DNA from: a virus
Taxonomy: Duplodnaviria > Caudoviricetes
IMG/VR virus record: IMGVR_UViG_3300044840_000044
Coordinates: 1-40,856 of that record
Strand: one strand, 5' to 3'
Length of the DNA: 40,856 nt
In this document: positions 34,511 to 40,856 of the stretch, one piece after another
Numbering within the stretch: the first letter of the stretch is position 1
Layout: every line of letters starts with the position of its first letter
Program-made: the position numbers and the translations under genes
Notes under the pieces: model-generated
The model's database searches: none
What the model saw: only the letters and a program-made list of their open reading frames with translations
Told to the model about the DNA's origin: nothing

Positions 34511-35028
34511 TCGGTCCAATGCCCCAGTTCGCGCAACTTCGCTTCCCATGCCTTGCGGGTCGGCTCATCGCAATGGGCCATGGCGTCTTTCCACGTTGGC
34601 CATCGGTGACCGTTGGCATAGTAGAACACATACTTGTAATGCAGGGTTTGCAGATTGTGCGGCTGGCTCGGTTCATGATGCCAGTTGCAGGTTTGGCACA
34701 CCGTAGGGTCTAACGGCGGCAGCACTTGGAAATCTTTGACTTCGTCGGTCATTTCGAGTTTCCCCCGTCTAGCAAGTCGCTGTGTCTCACGCCTGTTTTT
34801 GCATTCAGTGCAATATCGATGTTGGCGATATGTCGCCACCAAACAAAACTCAGCACCGCAACCGCTACATACTCCAACTTGTTGAACGCGACGGATCACA
34901 TGCCCGTTCTGCCCCACAAGGAAGTCTGGATTATTTCGCGCCAGTTTCAGGCGAGCGATGCGTCGAACGATACGCTTCTCCTTTGCGACCTCGTATGCGG
35001 CCTGACGATATCGAACCTCGCTTGGCAT
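34507..35028 (-). CDS. Cys/His-rich protein, possibly two fused Zn-binding modules
   Basis: CSGC..YCTEC, then an internal GGGGA SD-like site before MTDEV..CQTC..H..PH..RWPTWKDAMAHC. Confidence 0.6.
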   Translation of the reverse strand: MPSEVRYRQAAYEVAKEKRIVRRIARLKLARNNPDFLVGQNGHVIRRVQQVGVCSGCGAEFCLVATYRQHRYCTECKNRRETQRLARRGKLEMTDEVKDFQVLPPLDPTVCQTCNWHHEPSQPHNLQTLHYKYVFYYANGHRWPTWKDAMAHCDEPTRKAWEAKLRELGHWTE

Positions 35029-35472
35029 TTACAGATCACATTCCCATTTGAAATGATTCCAGCCTTCGTCATTGCGATGCGTAGTTCGACCGCACTGTTT
35101 GCAGACAAAGCGTTCGCTGCCGACCATATGGGTTTCGGCAATGCCGTGCGCGGTGTCGTGCCAGTGTTCGTGTGGCGTGAGGTCTTCGCACATCAGGCAA
35201 TAGAACCGATTGTCGGGATTGTCTGGCGGCTTGTAGCCGCCGTCATAGTCGGGATCACCGGGATACGGAATCGTGCACTTGCCGATGCGTTGCGCCAGCC
35301 TCATCAGCGGCATGATGTTGAAGCCCGACCGGCACTCTGGATTGCGGCAGAACACGTTGATGGCGGCACCACCACGCGGGCCGTTGTAATAGCCGAAATT
35401 CTGATAACAGTCAGGACACGTCACCGCCATGGTGTCGTACAGGGCTTGGCTCAGTTCGCCGATGTCGCTCAT
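35029..35472 (-). CDS. Double zinc-ribbon protein (147 aa)
   Basis: CPDC, CRNPEC, CLMC, CKQC. Confidence 0.7.
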   Translation of the reverse strand: MSDIGELSQALYDTMAVTCPDCYQNFGYYNGPRGGAAINVFCRNPECRSGFNIMPLMRLAQRIGKCTIPYPGDPDYDGGYKPPDNPDNRFYCLMCEDLTPHEHWHDTAHGIAETHMVGSERFVCKQCGRTTHRNDEGWNHFKWECDL

Positions 35473-35675
35473 GGGATGTTCTTAATGGACGATGCCGCAA
35501 GAGTCATTTTGATCGCCAGTAGTTCATCATAGGTCAGCGTGGCCCGCCACAGTGTGCGGCGCATGAATGTTTCGCGGGTGTCGTCGTTCGGCAGGGGACA
35601 TGATCCGGCGATACGGATCAACTCATCAATTTTTTCCATCGCAGTTCTAGCGGCGGTCGGGATGTTGCTGTTCAC
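35469..35675 (-). CDS. Hypothetical protein
   Basis: GTGA and ATGA coupling at the two ends. Confidence 0.55.
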   Translation of the reverse strand: MNSNIPTAARTAMEKIDELIRIAGSCPLPNDDTRETFMRRTLWRATLTYDELLAIKMTLAASSIKNIP

Positions 35676-35887
35676 CAAAATTGCTCCGGTACGCGTTTGC
35701 CGATGACCCATGCGCCATGACCCAGTGTCGCGGTGAAGAATGCGTGTGCATCGCCCTTCATCGCGTCACTGGTGCGCTGATTGATCGCCTGTTCAATGAC
35801 GATTTTGTTTTCCTTGTCACAGACCAGAGCAAGCCCGTCCCCGGTGGTGGATACCTTGACGATGATGGGCTGGCTTGCGGTGTTCAT
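35672..35887 (-). CDS. Hypothetical protein (71 aa)
   Basis: TGATG coupling. Confidence 0.6.
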   Translation of the reverse strand: MNTASQPIIVKVSTTGDGLALVCDKENKIVIEQAINQRTSDAMKGDAHAFFTATLGHGAWVIGKRVPEQFW

Positions 35888-36171
35888 CAGTTCATTCGTT
35901 TCCTGACCAAGTAGCGGGCCAATTCATTGATGTGTTGTGAGGTCACGCGAAACGCGGCTTGCTCGAATGCCGGGTCTTTGCTGGCGCATTCCCAACAGAT
36001 GATTTTCAGGTGCTTGGCGACATCGGGGCGGTGCTGCACCCATGTGTGGCACCGGCTGCACGCCGATACCAGATTGTCGGGCAGGTACATCGGATAAGAC
36101 AAACGAACACCGACAAAGATTTGCGCTTCGTCGGTGTTATCGTTGATTTCGATTTTCAGCTTTTTCGGCAT
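35887..36171 (-). CDS. Zn-finger-like protein (94 aa)
   Basis: CSRC...ICWEC. Confidence 0.65.
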   Translation of the reverse strand: MPKKLKIEINDNTDEAQIFVGVRLSYPMYLPDNLVSACSRCHTWVQHRPDVAKHLKIICWECASKDPAFEQAAFRVTSQHINELARYLVRKRMN

Positions 36172-36172
36172 G

Positions 36173-36670
36173 TCATCCAGCGCGACGAAGAACCCGGCTG
36201 ATGCCTTGACTCATTTGTTCCACGAAACTTCGCGTCCTGACTTCGTCGACCATCACCAATTCGATGGTGCTATAGCCGATACGTCCGTGGTGCGACACGA
36301 ACTTCCCATGGGCAATCGCGGTGATGCGCGAAGCGACAACCTCGTTGGACATCTCGCCGTGGCAATCGCAAGAGAACGCATGCAGTTCGTCGCCGGTTAA
36401 TTCGAAGAACCGCTTGCCATCGCCGATGCTACCACCGGCCAGACCGGCATCGCGCAAGATCGGGTCTTCATAGGCCAGCGCGAACACGGTACCACTGTGT
36501 TTCATGGCGTCGAGTTCCGAGGGGTGCATGTATTCGATATCGGAATACATCCGAAGCCGGGTCGGGCAATCACGGATCAACTGTGCCCAGTACATCAGCT
36601 TGTCGGCTTTGGTCATGGTGACGGCGACGGATGAGGATTTCAGTTCGGCGGCCGATAGTGTCTTGTTCAT
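36173..36670 (-). CDS. Hypothetical protein (165 aa)
   Basis: TAAGGA SD before ATG 36670. LHAFSCDCHG. Confidence 0.75.
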   Translation of the reverse strand: MNKTLSAAELKSSSVAVTMTKADKLMYWAQLIRDCPTRLRMYSDIEYMHPSELDAMKHSGTVFALAYEDPILRDAGLAGGSIGDGKRFFELTGDELHAFSCDCHGEMSNEVVASRITAIAHGKFVSHHGRIGYSTIELVMVDEVRTRSFVEQMSQGISRVLRRAG

Positions 36671-36730
36671 GACATCGTCCTTATGGTGAATGCCCCAAAG
36701 CCATCCTGACACGTTGCTAAGGTGATGCCG

Positions 36731-36749
36731 TGGTCAATATTGCTCACTT
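36731..36749 (-). promoter_or_regulatory. Motif site 2
   Basis: Minus strand AAGTGAGCAATATTGACCA, an identical 19-mer to site 3. Confidence 0.75.
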
Positions 36750-36973
36750 CATTGACCGGTGCCCAAATATTGAGTCATCAGCCGTTGCCACATCGATGGC
36801 GGTGCTGCGGGTCGATCAGTCCCGATCATTTCCGCCGACATCGCCCAATCGGTGCTTTCGCACACCGGACAGGCATGGAATTTCACGGTCGGCATTTGCG
36901 TGACGTTGTCACGCCTGATCGCCAACATATGTTCCGTCCGCGCGCACCATGGCCGACAATTTGAACAGGTCAT
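36749..36973 (-). CDS. Small zinc-ribbon protein (74 aa)
   Basis: GGGAGG SD. CSNC...CPVC. Confidence 0.7.
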   Translation of the reverse strand: MTCSNCRPWCARTEHMLAIRRDNVTQMPTVKFHACPVCESTDWAMSAEMIGTDRPAAPPSMWQRLMTQYLGTGQ

Positions 36974-37028
36974 TGGTTTCACCTCCCGTTATTTGCAACC
37001 ACATTACCAAAAGACCGCCTAGGCGTCA

Positions 37029-37047
37029 TGGTCAATATTGCTCACTT
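37029..37047 (-). promoter_or_regulatory. Motif site 3
   Basis: Minus strand AAGTGAGCAATATTGACC, then ATGACG-17 nt-TAATGT with TGn before the -10. Confidence 0.75.
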
Positions 37048-37053
37048 TCAAAC

Positions 37054-37082
37054 GAAAAACGCCGCCCCAACCGGGACGGCGC
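37054..37082 (-). terminator. Intrinsic terminator (minus strand)
   Basis: GCGCCGTCCC-GGTT-GGGGCGGCGT-TTTT. Confidence 0.75.
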
Positions 37083-37115
37083 TTGTCAAGGAAACAACAA
37101 TGGGAACCGGATGGT

Positions 37116-37358
37116 CTAGCCGGTGCCGGTTTTGCGAAGCATCGGGATCAGGCCGGGGGTGACCACGGTCAAAAGATTGCCTTCGATCAATTGGGCCTTC
37201 ATCCGGTTGCCGTTGGCCTTGAGGGTCTGCGGCTGCACGCCGTAACGCGTGATGCCGTCGCCGCTCTGATGCTGACTGGTGACAACGCCTTGGAAGCCGG
37301 TCACTGCGTCTTGGCAGAGGTCGCCCATGTTGATGGTCTGGTTTGTGTTGTTCGTCAT
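37116..37358 (-). CDS. Hypothetical protein (80 aa; LGD..D.VTGF.GVVT..Y.VQP type)
   Basis: AAAGGA SD. Has its own motif site and terminator. Confidence 0.7.
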   Translation of the reverse strand: MTNNTNQTINMGDLCQDAVTGFQGVVTSQHQSGDGITRYGVQPQTLKANGNRMKAQLIEGNLLTVVTPGLIPMLRKTGTG

Positions 37359-37421
37359 CTGGTTTCGTCCTTTGAGTGATGCCTGCCCCGCGCTCGGTAT
37401 CGCAGACACCAACCCGCAAGT

Positions 37422-37440
37422 CTGAGCAATAAAGCTCACA
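37422..37440 (-). promoter_or_regulatory. Motif site 4 (degenerate)
   Basis: Minus strand TGTGAGCTTTATTGCTCAG. Confidence 0.6.
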
Positions 37441-37449
37441 ATGACAAAA

Positions 37450-37752
37450 TTATTTCAGCCATTCGGGCAACGTTTTTACAATGACGCCATCATAAACCAC
37501 CGTTGCGGCGGTCGGTGTCAGACTGACGGTGTACCGATAGGCGCGTGTTCCTTCGCCCATACAGGCCACAATCGTTCGCTTACCATGGGCGTCTTCACCT
37601 TCCGCGCGCCACGACACCAGCCGTGCACAGTTGAAGCCTTGATCTTGGATGATCCTCTCGACGGCTTGTCGACTCTCTGGCGTCCCTAACTGGGGTTCGG
37701 CGGCATAGGCTGACGTGGCGAACAGGATGATGGCCGCGATGATCTTGAGCAT
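37450..37752 (-). CDS. Secreted or periplasmic protein (100 aa)
   Basis: GGAG SD. Signal peptide MLKIIAAIILFATSAYA-A. Two Cys. Confidence 0.75.
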   Translation of the reverse strand: MLKIIAAIILFATSAYAAEPQLGTPESRQAVERIIQDQGFNCARLVSWRAEGEDAHGKRTIVACMGEGTRAYRYTVSLTPTAATVVYDGVIVKTLPEWLK

Positions 37753-37767
37753 TGGTGGACTCCATTA

Positions 37768-38193
37768 TCAGGGCTGCAATTGATTCAGATCGGTCAGGCG
37801 GAAGTCTTGCTCAAACCAGACGCCGATCAGTTGGTTGTTTTTGGGGGCGGTACGGCGGAAGGTATAGAGGGTTTTGCCGACCGGGCGCACCACATAGGCG
37901 CGTAGCTCGGCCGGGTACCAGCCAACGATTACGTCGCAATCCTTGGCGGTGATGACCGGCCATTGCTTGCCGCCCTTACGGTCGACGGTGGACGAACCGG
38001 CCATGATGATCGACCCGTTGTCGCCGTCTCGCATGGTCTTGATCTGGATACGTGACAGCTTGCCATCCCAGTACGCAATCAGATCGAAAGAGTGATCGTG
38101 ACCGATGGCCGGGGTGAAGACGCTGGCCCCAAGGCGGGCGAGGGTCAGCATGACTTCGGCTTCCGACAGCGACCCGCGCGCCGTGGTCTTCAT
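37768..38193 (-). CDS. PD-(D/E)XK endonuclease (group I intron-associated, I-Ssp6803I-like family), freestanding
   Basis: MKTTARGSLSE..L...G..VF.P...FDLI......RIQIKT...CDVIVGW. Confidence 0.82.
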   Translation of the reverse strand: MKTTARGSLSEAEVMLTLARLGASVFTPAIGHDHSFDLIAYWDGKLSRIQIKTMRDGDNGSIIMAGSSTVDRKGGKQWPVITAKDCDVIVGWYPAELRAYVVRPVGKTLYTFRRTAPKNNQLIGVWFEQDFRLTDLNQLQP

Positions 38194-38198
38194 AGGGA

Positions 38199-38273
38199 TG
38201 GTGCCCGGCAGCGGGATTGAACCGCTGGCCTCGTCATTACCAATGACGCGCTCTACCACTGAGCTAGCCGGGC
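38199..38273 (-). tRNA. tRNA-Thr(GGT), complete, CCA encoded
   Basis: GCCCGGC TA GCTC AGTGGTA GAGC G CGTCA TTGGTAA TGACG AGGCC AGCGG TTCAATC CCGCT GCCGGGC A CCA. All four stems pair. Confidence 0.96.
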
Positions 38274-38290
38274 TAATGGGGGGTGATTCT

Positions 38291-38538
38291 AGAGAACCGA
38301 CAGAGAACGGATTCCCCGGATTTCCCCCGGATCGGTAGGTTTTTTCATGTTCTGTTCTGCGGTTTCGTGCAGTTTGGCGTCTGGAGCATTTTGCAGGAAG
38401 TGCCTCTGTAGCAAGGGTTTCTGCGATTTCAGTCATACCAGTCGAACCCTTACCAATGGTAAGGACTAAAGTTAGAAGTGCCTGCGCCGCAATGGTTTCT
38501 TGAATTTGTTATTTGCGCTCCCCGGATTTTCCCCGGAT
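38291..38538. other. Putative intact attP: arm-type repeats flanking a core
   Basis: TCCCCGGATTT(C/T)CCCCGGAT at 38313-38332 and 38519-38538 (19/20 identical). Core ACCCTTACCAATGGT at 38446-38460 overlapping palindrome CCTTACCA-A-TGGTAAGG. Adjacent to the int 3' end. Confidence 0.7.
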
Positions 38539-38541
38539 ACG

Positions 38542-38571
38542 AAAAAGCCCCGCCTCCTTTGGAGACAGGGC
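38542..38571 (-). terminator. Intrinsic terminator after int
   Basis: Minus strand GCCCTGTCTCC-AAA-GGAGGCGGGGC-TTTTT. Confidence 0.7.
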
Positions 38572-38610
38572 CATTCCGGTGAGCCGCACTTCAATATGGC
38601 GCGATCTATA

Positions 38611-39861
38611 TCACGCCGCCGCCTTCCTCGCCAGTCGTTTTGTACGCAACGCCGTGGCTGCCGCCGCCTTGGCCTTTACAGCGGCCCGCTTCGCATTGCG
38701 GACCTTATTCGCGGCGAGGTCATTCCGCGAACCCTGTTCGCCCGCCAGCTTGCTGGCATGGGCGAGAGGGTCAAGCATCCAAGGCGCATTGGCCCATGCC
38801 TTGATGACCGGCAGCTTGTTGATGGCTTCGATCTGTGCCCGCTGTGGCACGTGGGTGTAGTTGTGACTCATGTCGTCAACGACGTGGCCCATGATCTGAT
38901 CCTTGACGTAAGGATTCACGCCAGCAACGATCAATCCGGTGGAACAGGAATGCCGCCCGGTGTACGGCGCGATATCCATGATCTTAGACCGCTGCCGCGC
39001 GCCGTTGATCGCGGATTTCATCTGGCCGGAAACCTTGTCGTCTTCTGCCACCGGGTATGGCTGGCCACGCGGAGTCCGAAACAGGATACCGCCGCGCTTG
39101 ACCAGCGCCGTGAACATCGGCACCAAGACTTCCGCCAGTGGAACGCCGCGCGGTTCTTCCGTCTTGGTGTTCCAATCGAGATTGATCCACCGCCCCTTGA
39201 TGTTGACTGCCGGGGCTTCAAGTTTGAACACTTCGCTGGGTCGCATGCCACTATAGAAAATCGTGGTCAGTACCATGGCCGGTGCCGGTGACATCGCCAA
39301 CACGAACGGCGCGGCATGTTCGAACTCGACTGCGAAGCTACCGACACGCCGCTTCATTTCAGCCTTGACGAGTCCGTTATATCTTCCGTTCTTCCATTTC
39401 GGGCGAGTCCAATCACGCGGATCGGCAAAGCCATCGCTCTTTGCGAGATTATAAACCGCAATGAACGGCGCGTGACACTGCCGGTTGACCGTGTCGGGCT
39501 GGCAATTCGGATAGAGTTTACGACCGGCCGCATCCAACTCGGATTGCGTGATAGATCGCAGCGTGCGTTCACCGAATTCGCCAAGCAGCAACGTGCCCTT
39601 GTTGGTGGCTGCATTCCATTCTCCCAGATAGATGGCCTCACCTTCGTTGTTGAGATAAGCCAAGGCGGCTTCCATGAACGTGCAGTTCTTGACCTCGCCG
39701 TGAACGCTTTCGTTCAGCCATTTAGCTTCCGTCCTGATGCGGATGCCTTCTGCCGCTTTCTTGTTGTTAGTTTTTGTAGAGAAATTGAGTTCGCCGCTAT
39801 TTCCGATGGTACCACGGACATAGTAGTTCTTACCGTCGGGTTGATAGAGCTTGAGTGACAT
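38611..39861 (-). CDS. int: Tyrosine integrase
   Basis: SGMRPSE (R), NTKT (K), YTGRHS (Y in place of H in HxxR), MGH, HNYTH (catalytic Y). N-terminal arm-binding-like YYVRGT. Confidence 0.93.
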   Translation of the reverse strand: MSLKLYQPDGKNYYVRGTIGNSGELNFSTKTNNKKAAEGIRIRTEAKWLNESVHGEVKNCTFMEAALAYLNNEGEAIYLGEWNAATNKGTLLLGEFGERTLRSITQSELDAAGRKLYPNCQPDTVNRQCHAPFIAVYNLAKSDGFADPRDWTRPKWKNGRYNGLVKAEMKRRVGSFAVEFEHAAPFVLAMSPAPAMVLTTIFYSGMRPSEVFKLEAPAVNIKGRWINLDWNTKTEEPRGVPLAEVLVPMFTALVKRGGILFRTPRGQPYPVAEDDKVSGQMKSAINGARQRSKIMDIAPYTGRHSCSTGLIVAGVNPYVKDQIMGHVVDDMSHNYTHVPQRAQIEAINKLPVIKAWANAPWMLDPLAHASKLAGEQGSRNDLAANKVRNAKRAAVKAKAAAATALRTKRLARKAAA

Positions 39862-40019
39862 CGTTGCACCTTCCATAGCTCGATCAGGTCGTCATCCGAA
39901 AATCTGATCGAACGACCGAACACTGAACACAGACCGTGGCGCTTGGCGATTTTTGCGGTGAGCCGGGGGGTAATCTTTAACTCGGCTGCGGCCTCATTGA
40001 GGCTATAGACTGGAATCAC
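39714..40019 (-). CDS. xis: Excisionase-like HTH protein overlapping the int 5' end
   Basis: YSLNEAAAELKIT..GRSIRFSDDDL (MerR/HTH_17-like). GGGAG SD and GTG start. Confidence 0.78.
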   Translation of the reverse strand: MIPVYSLNEAAAELKITPRLTAKIAKRHGLCSVFGRSIRFSDDDLIELWKVQRCHSSSINPTVRTTMSVVPSEIAANSISLQKLTTRKRQKASASGRKLNG

Positions 40020-40033
40020 TTATGACCACTCCC

Positions 40034-40064
40034 TATATATCGGGGATTTTTTCGAATAATGCAA
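40034..40064 (-). promoter_or_regulatory. Leftward promoter for xis-int
   Basis: Minus strand TTGCAT-17 nt-GATATATA, the same design as the 30650-30678 promoter. Confidence 0.6.
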
Positions 40065-40085
40065 GCCCTCATTTGCCCCAAAAAA

Positions 40086-40130
40086 GTGAGCAATATTGAA
40101 CATGCCATAGCCGCCAAGGCGTGCAATAAT
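40086..40130 (+). promoter_or_regulatory. Motif site 5 plus rightward promoter of the Crp/Fnr gene
   Basis: GTGAGCAATATTGAAC-ATGCCA-17 nt-AATAAT with TGn before the -10. Confidence 0.7.
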
Positions 40131-40160
40131 CCCCATGACAACCATTCATCCGGGGACACC

Positions 40161-40835
40161 ATGCCGAAAGATTTCAATGTTTCCGCCTTCCTCGAAAAAG
40201 TATCGGCGGAAAAAAACGTCATCACCTATAAAAAAGGTGAGACGATTTACAAGCAGGGTGAGTATGCGAGCGCGGTCTATTACATTCTGAGCGGCAGGGT
40301 CAAAATCACGGTGGTGTCGGAGCAAGGCAAGGAAGCGGTTGTTGGCATGCTTGAGCAGGGCCAGTTTTTTGGCGAAGGCGCTTTCATCAGGGGTCACGTT
40401 ATACGTGTTGCTACCACCACGGCCATGATGCCAGCCAAAATCATCTGTGTCGAAATCGACAAGATGAAAGAACTGATGCTCAAGGAACCGGCGCTTACCA
40501 ATCTGTTCGTCATGCATCTGGTCAAGCGCAACATGCGGATTGAAGAAGACCTCACCGACCAGTTATTCAATCAGAGTGAAAGGCGGCTGGCCCGGTTGCT
40601 GCTAATCTTGGCTAACGTCGGGACCGATAACAAACCAACGCCTATCGATGGCAAGATCAGTCAGGAAACCTTGGCGGAAATGATCGGCACCACGCGATCA
40701 CGCGTCAGCCATTTCATGAACAAGTTTCGCAAGCTCGGCTTCATCAAATACAACGGGCAGATTGAAGTGCGGCGGTCGTTGCTTGATGCCGTGTTGCATG
40801 AACGGCCGGAAATTGATTCAAAGAAAAAGAATTAG
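40161..40835 (+). CDS. Crp/Fnr-family transcriptional regulator
   Basis: cNMP-binding domain (IYKQGE..VYYILSGRVK..GQFFGE..RVAT) plus HTH SQETLAEMIGTTRSRVS. GGGGA SD before ATG 40161. Confidence 0.93.
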   Translation: MPKDFNVSAFLEKVSAEKNVITYKKGETIYKQGEYASAVYYILSGRVKITVVSEQGKEAVVGMLEQGQFFGEGAFIRGHVIRVATTTAMMPAKIICVEIDKMKELMLKEPALTNLFVMHLVKRNMRIEEDLTDQLFNQSERRLARLLLILANVGTDNKPTPIDGKISQETLAEMIGTTRSRVSHFMNKFRKLGFIKYNGQIEVRRSLLDAVLHERPEIDSKKKN

Positions 40836-40856
40836 GACGATCAACAGAATCGAAGC

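Larger units (their letters stand above)
1..40856. mobile_element. Temperate siphovirus-type phage genome segment, probably in the unintegrated (attP-intact) configuration
   Basis: Ordered head-neck-tail-lysis genes, tyrosine integrase and excisionase. Phage-type genes and the same promoter motif lie on both sides of the att region. No host housekeeping operon is visible. Confidence 0.93.

Noticed and set aside
34726-35532. 268-aa plus-strand ORF
   Set aside because: Overlaps a tightly coupled minus-strand gene series with clear Zn motifs. No SD or motif.
37768-38273. Group I intron in the tRNA
   Set aside because: The tRNA is uninterrupted, the nuclease lies outside it, and no intron core is recognisable.
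38199-38273. tRNA as host gene marking a prophage end
   Set aside because: Phage genes and the same promoter motif occur on both sides, and both arm-type repeats lie together on one side. Not fully excluded without flanking sequence.
38194-38436. N-terminal extension of the PD-(D/E)XK ORF (222 aa in the track)
   Set aside because: It reads through the tRNA and att region. The family motif begins at MKTTARG (38193).
40030-40045. NrdR-box-like TCCCTATATATCGGGG
   Set aside because: Far from nrdJ and better explained as the -10 region of the xis-int promoter.
1-40856. CRISPR array, diversity-generating retroelement or IS element
   Set aside because: No regularly spaced repeats, reverse transcriptase, adenine-variant TR/VR pair or transposase seen.

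Overview
The whole 40.9-kb window is part of a temperate, long-tailed (siphovirus-type) dsDNA phage. Host-like XRE and Crp/Fnr regulators and 'ANDN' motifs point to an alphaproteobacterial host, probably Bradyrhizobium/Hyphomicrobiales-like (inference). 1-24.2 kb (+) is the late operon: HK97 prohead protease (5'-truncated), HK97 major capsid, a methyltransferase-glycosyltransferase-like fusion, fibre-like genes, connector and neck genes, tail tube, G/GT chaperones with a -1 slippery site, tape measure, an expanded tail-tip/fibre region, and a lysis cassette (RlpA-like DPBB, M15 endolysin, spanins, holin candidate). 24.3-28.0 kb (+) holds nucleotide-metabolism genes including a class II ribonucleotide reductase. 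28-38 kb is mostly small minus-strand accessory genes around a plus-strand regulator and methyltransferase cassette. 38-40.8 kb holds a PD-(D/E)XK endonuclease, a complete tRNA-Thr(GGT), an apparently intact attP, int, xis and a Crp/Fnr regulator. Most notable: (i) an attP-like core matching only the tRNA-Thr(GGT) anticodon arm, with a complete recoded tRNA-Thr(GGT) about 170 bp downstream, suggesting a disrupt-and-replace integration module; (ii) an oriented GTGAGCAA-NN-TTG motif 72-81 nt upstream of five genes, at about promoter position -42, one of them the phage Crp/Fnr gene; (iii) a candidate virion-glycosylation enzyme in the head module; (iv) two apparent ATT start codons; (v) ssrA-tag-like C-termini. 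All protein calls rest on motif recognition and synteny, not database searches.
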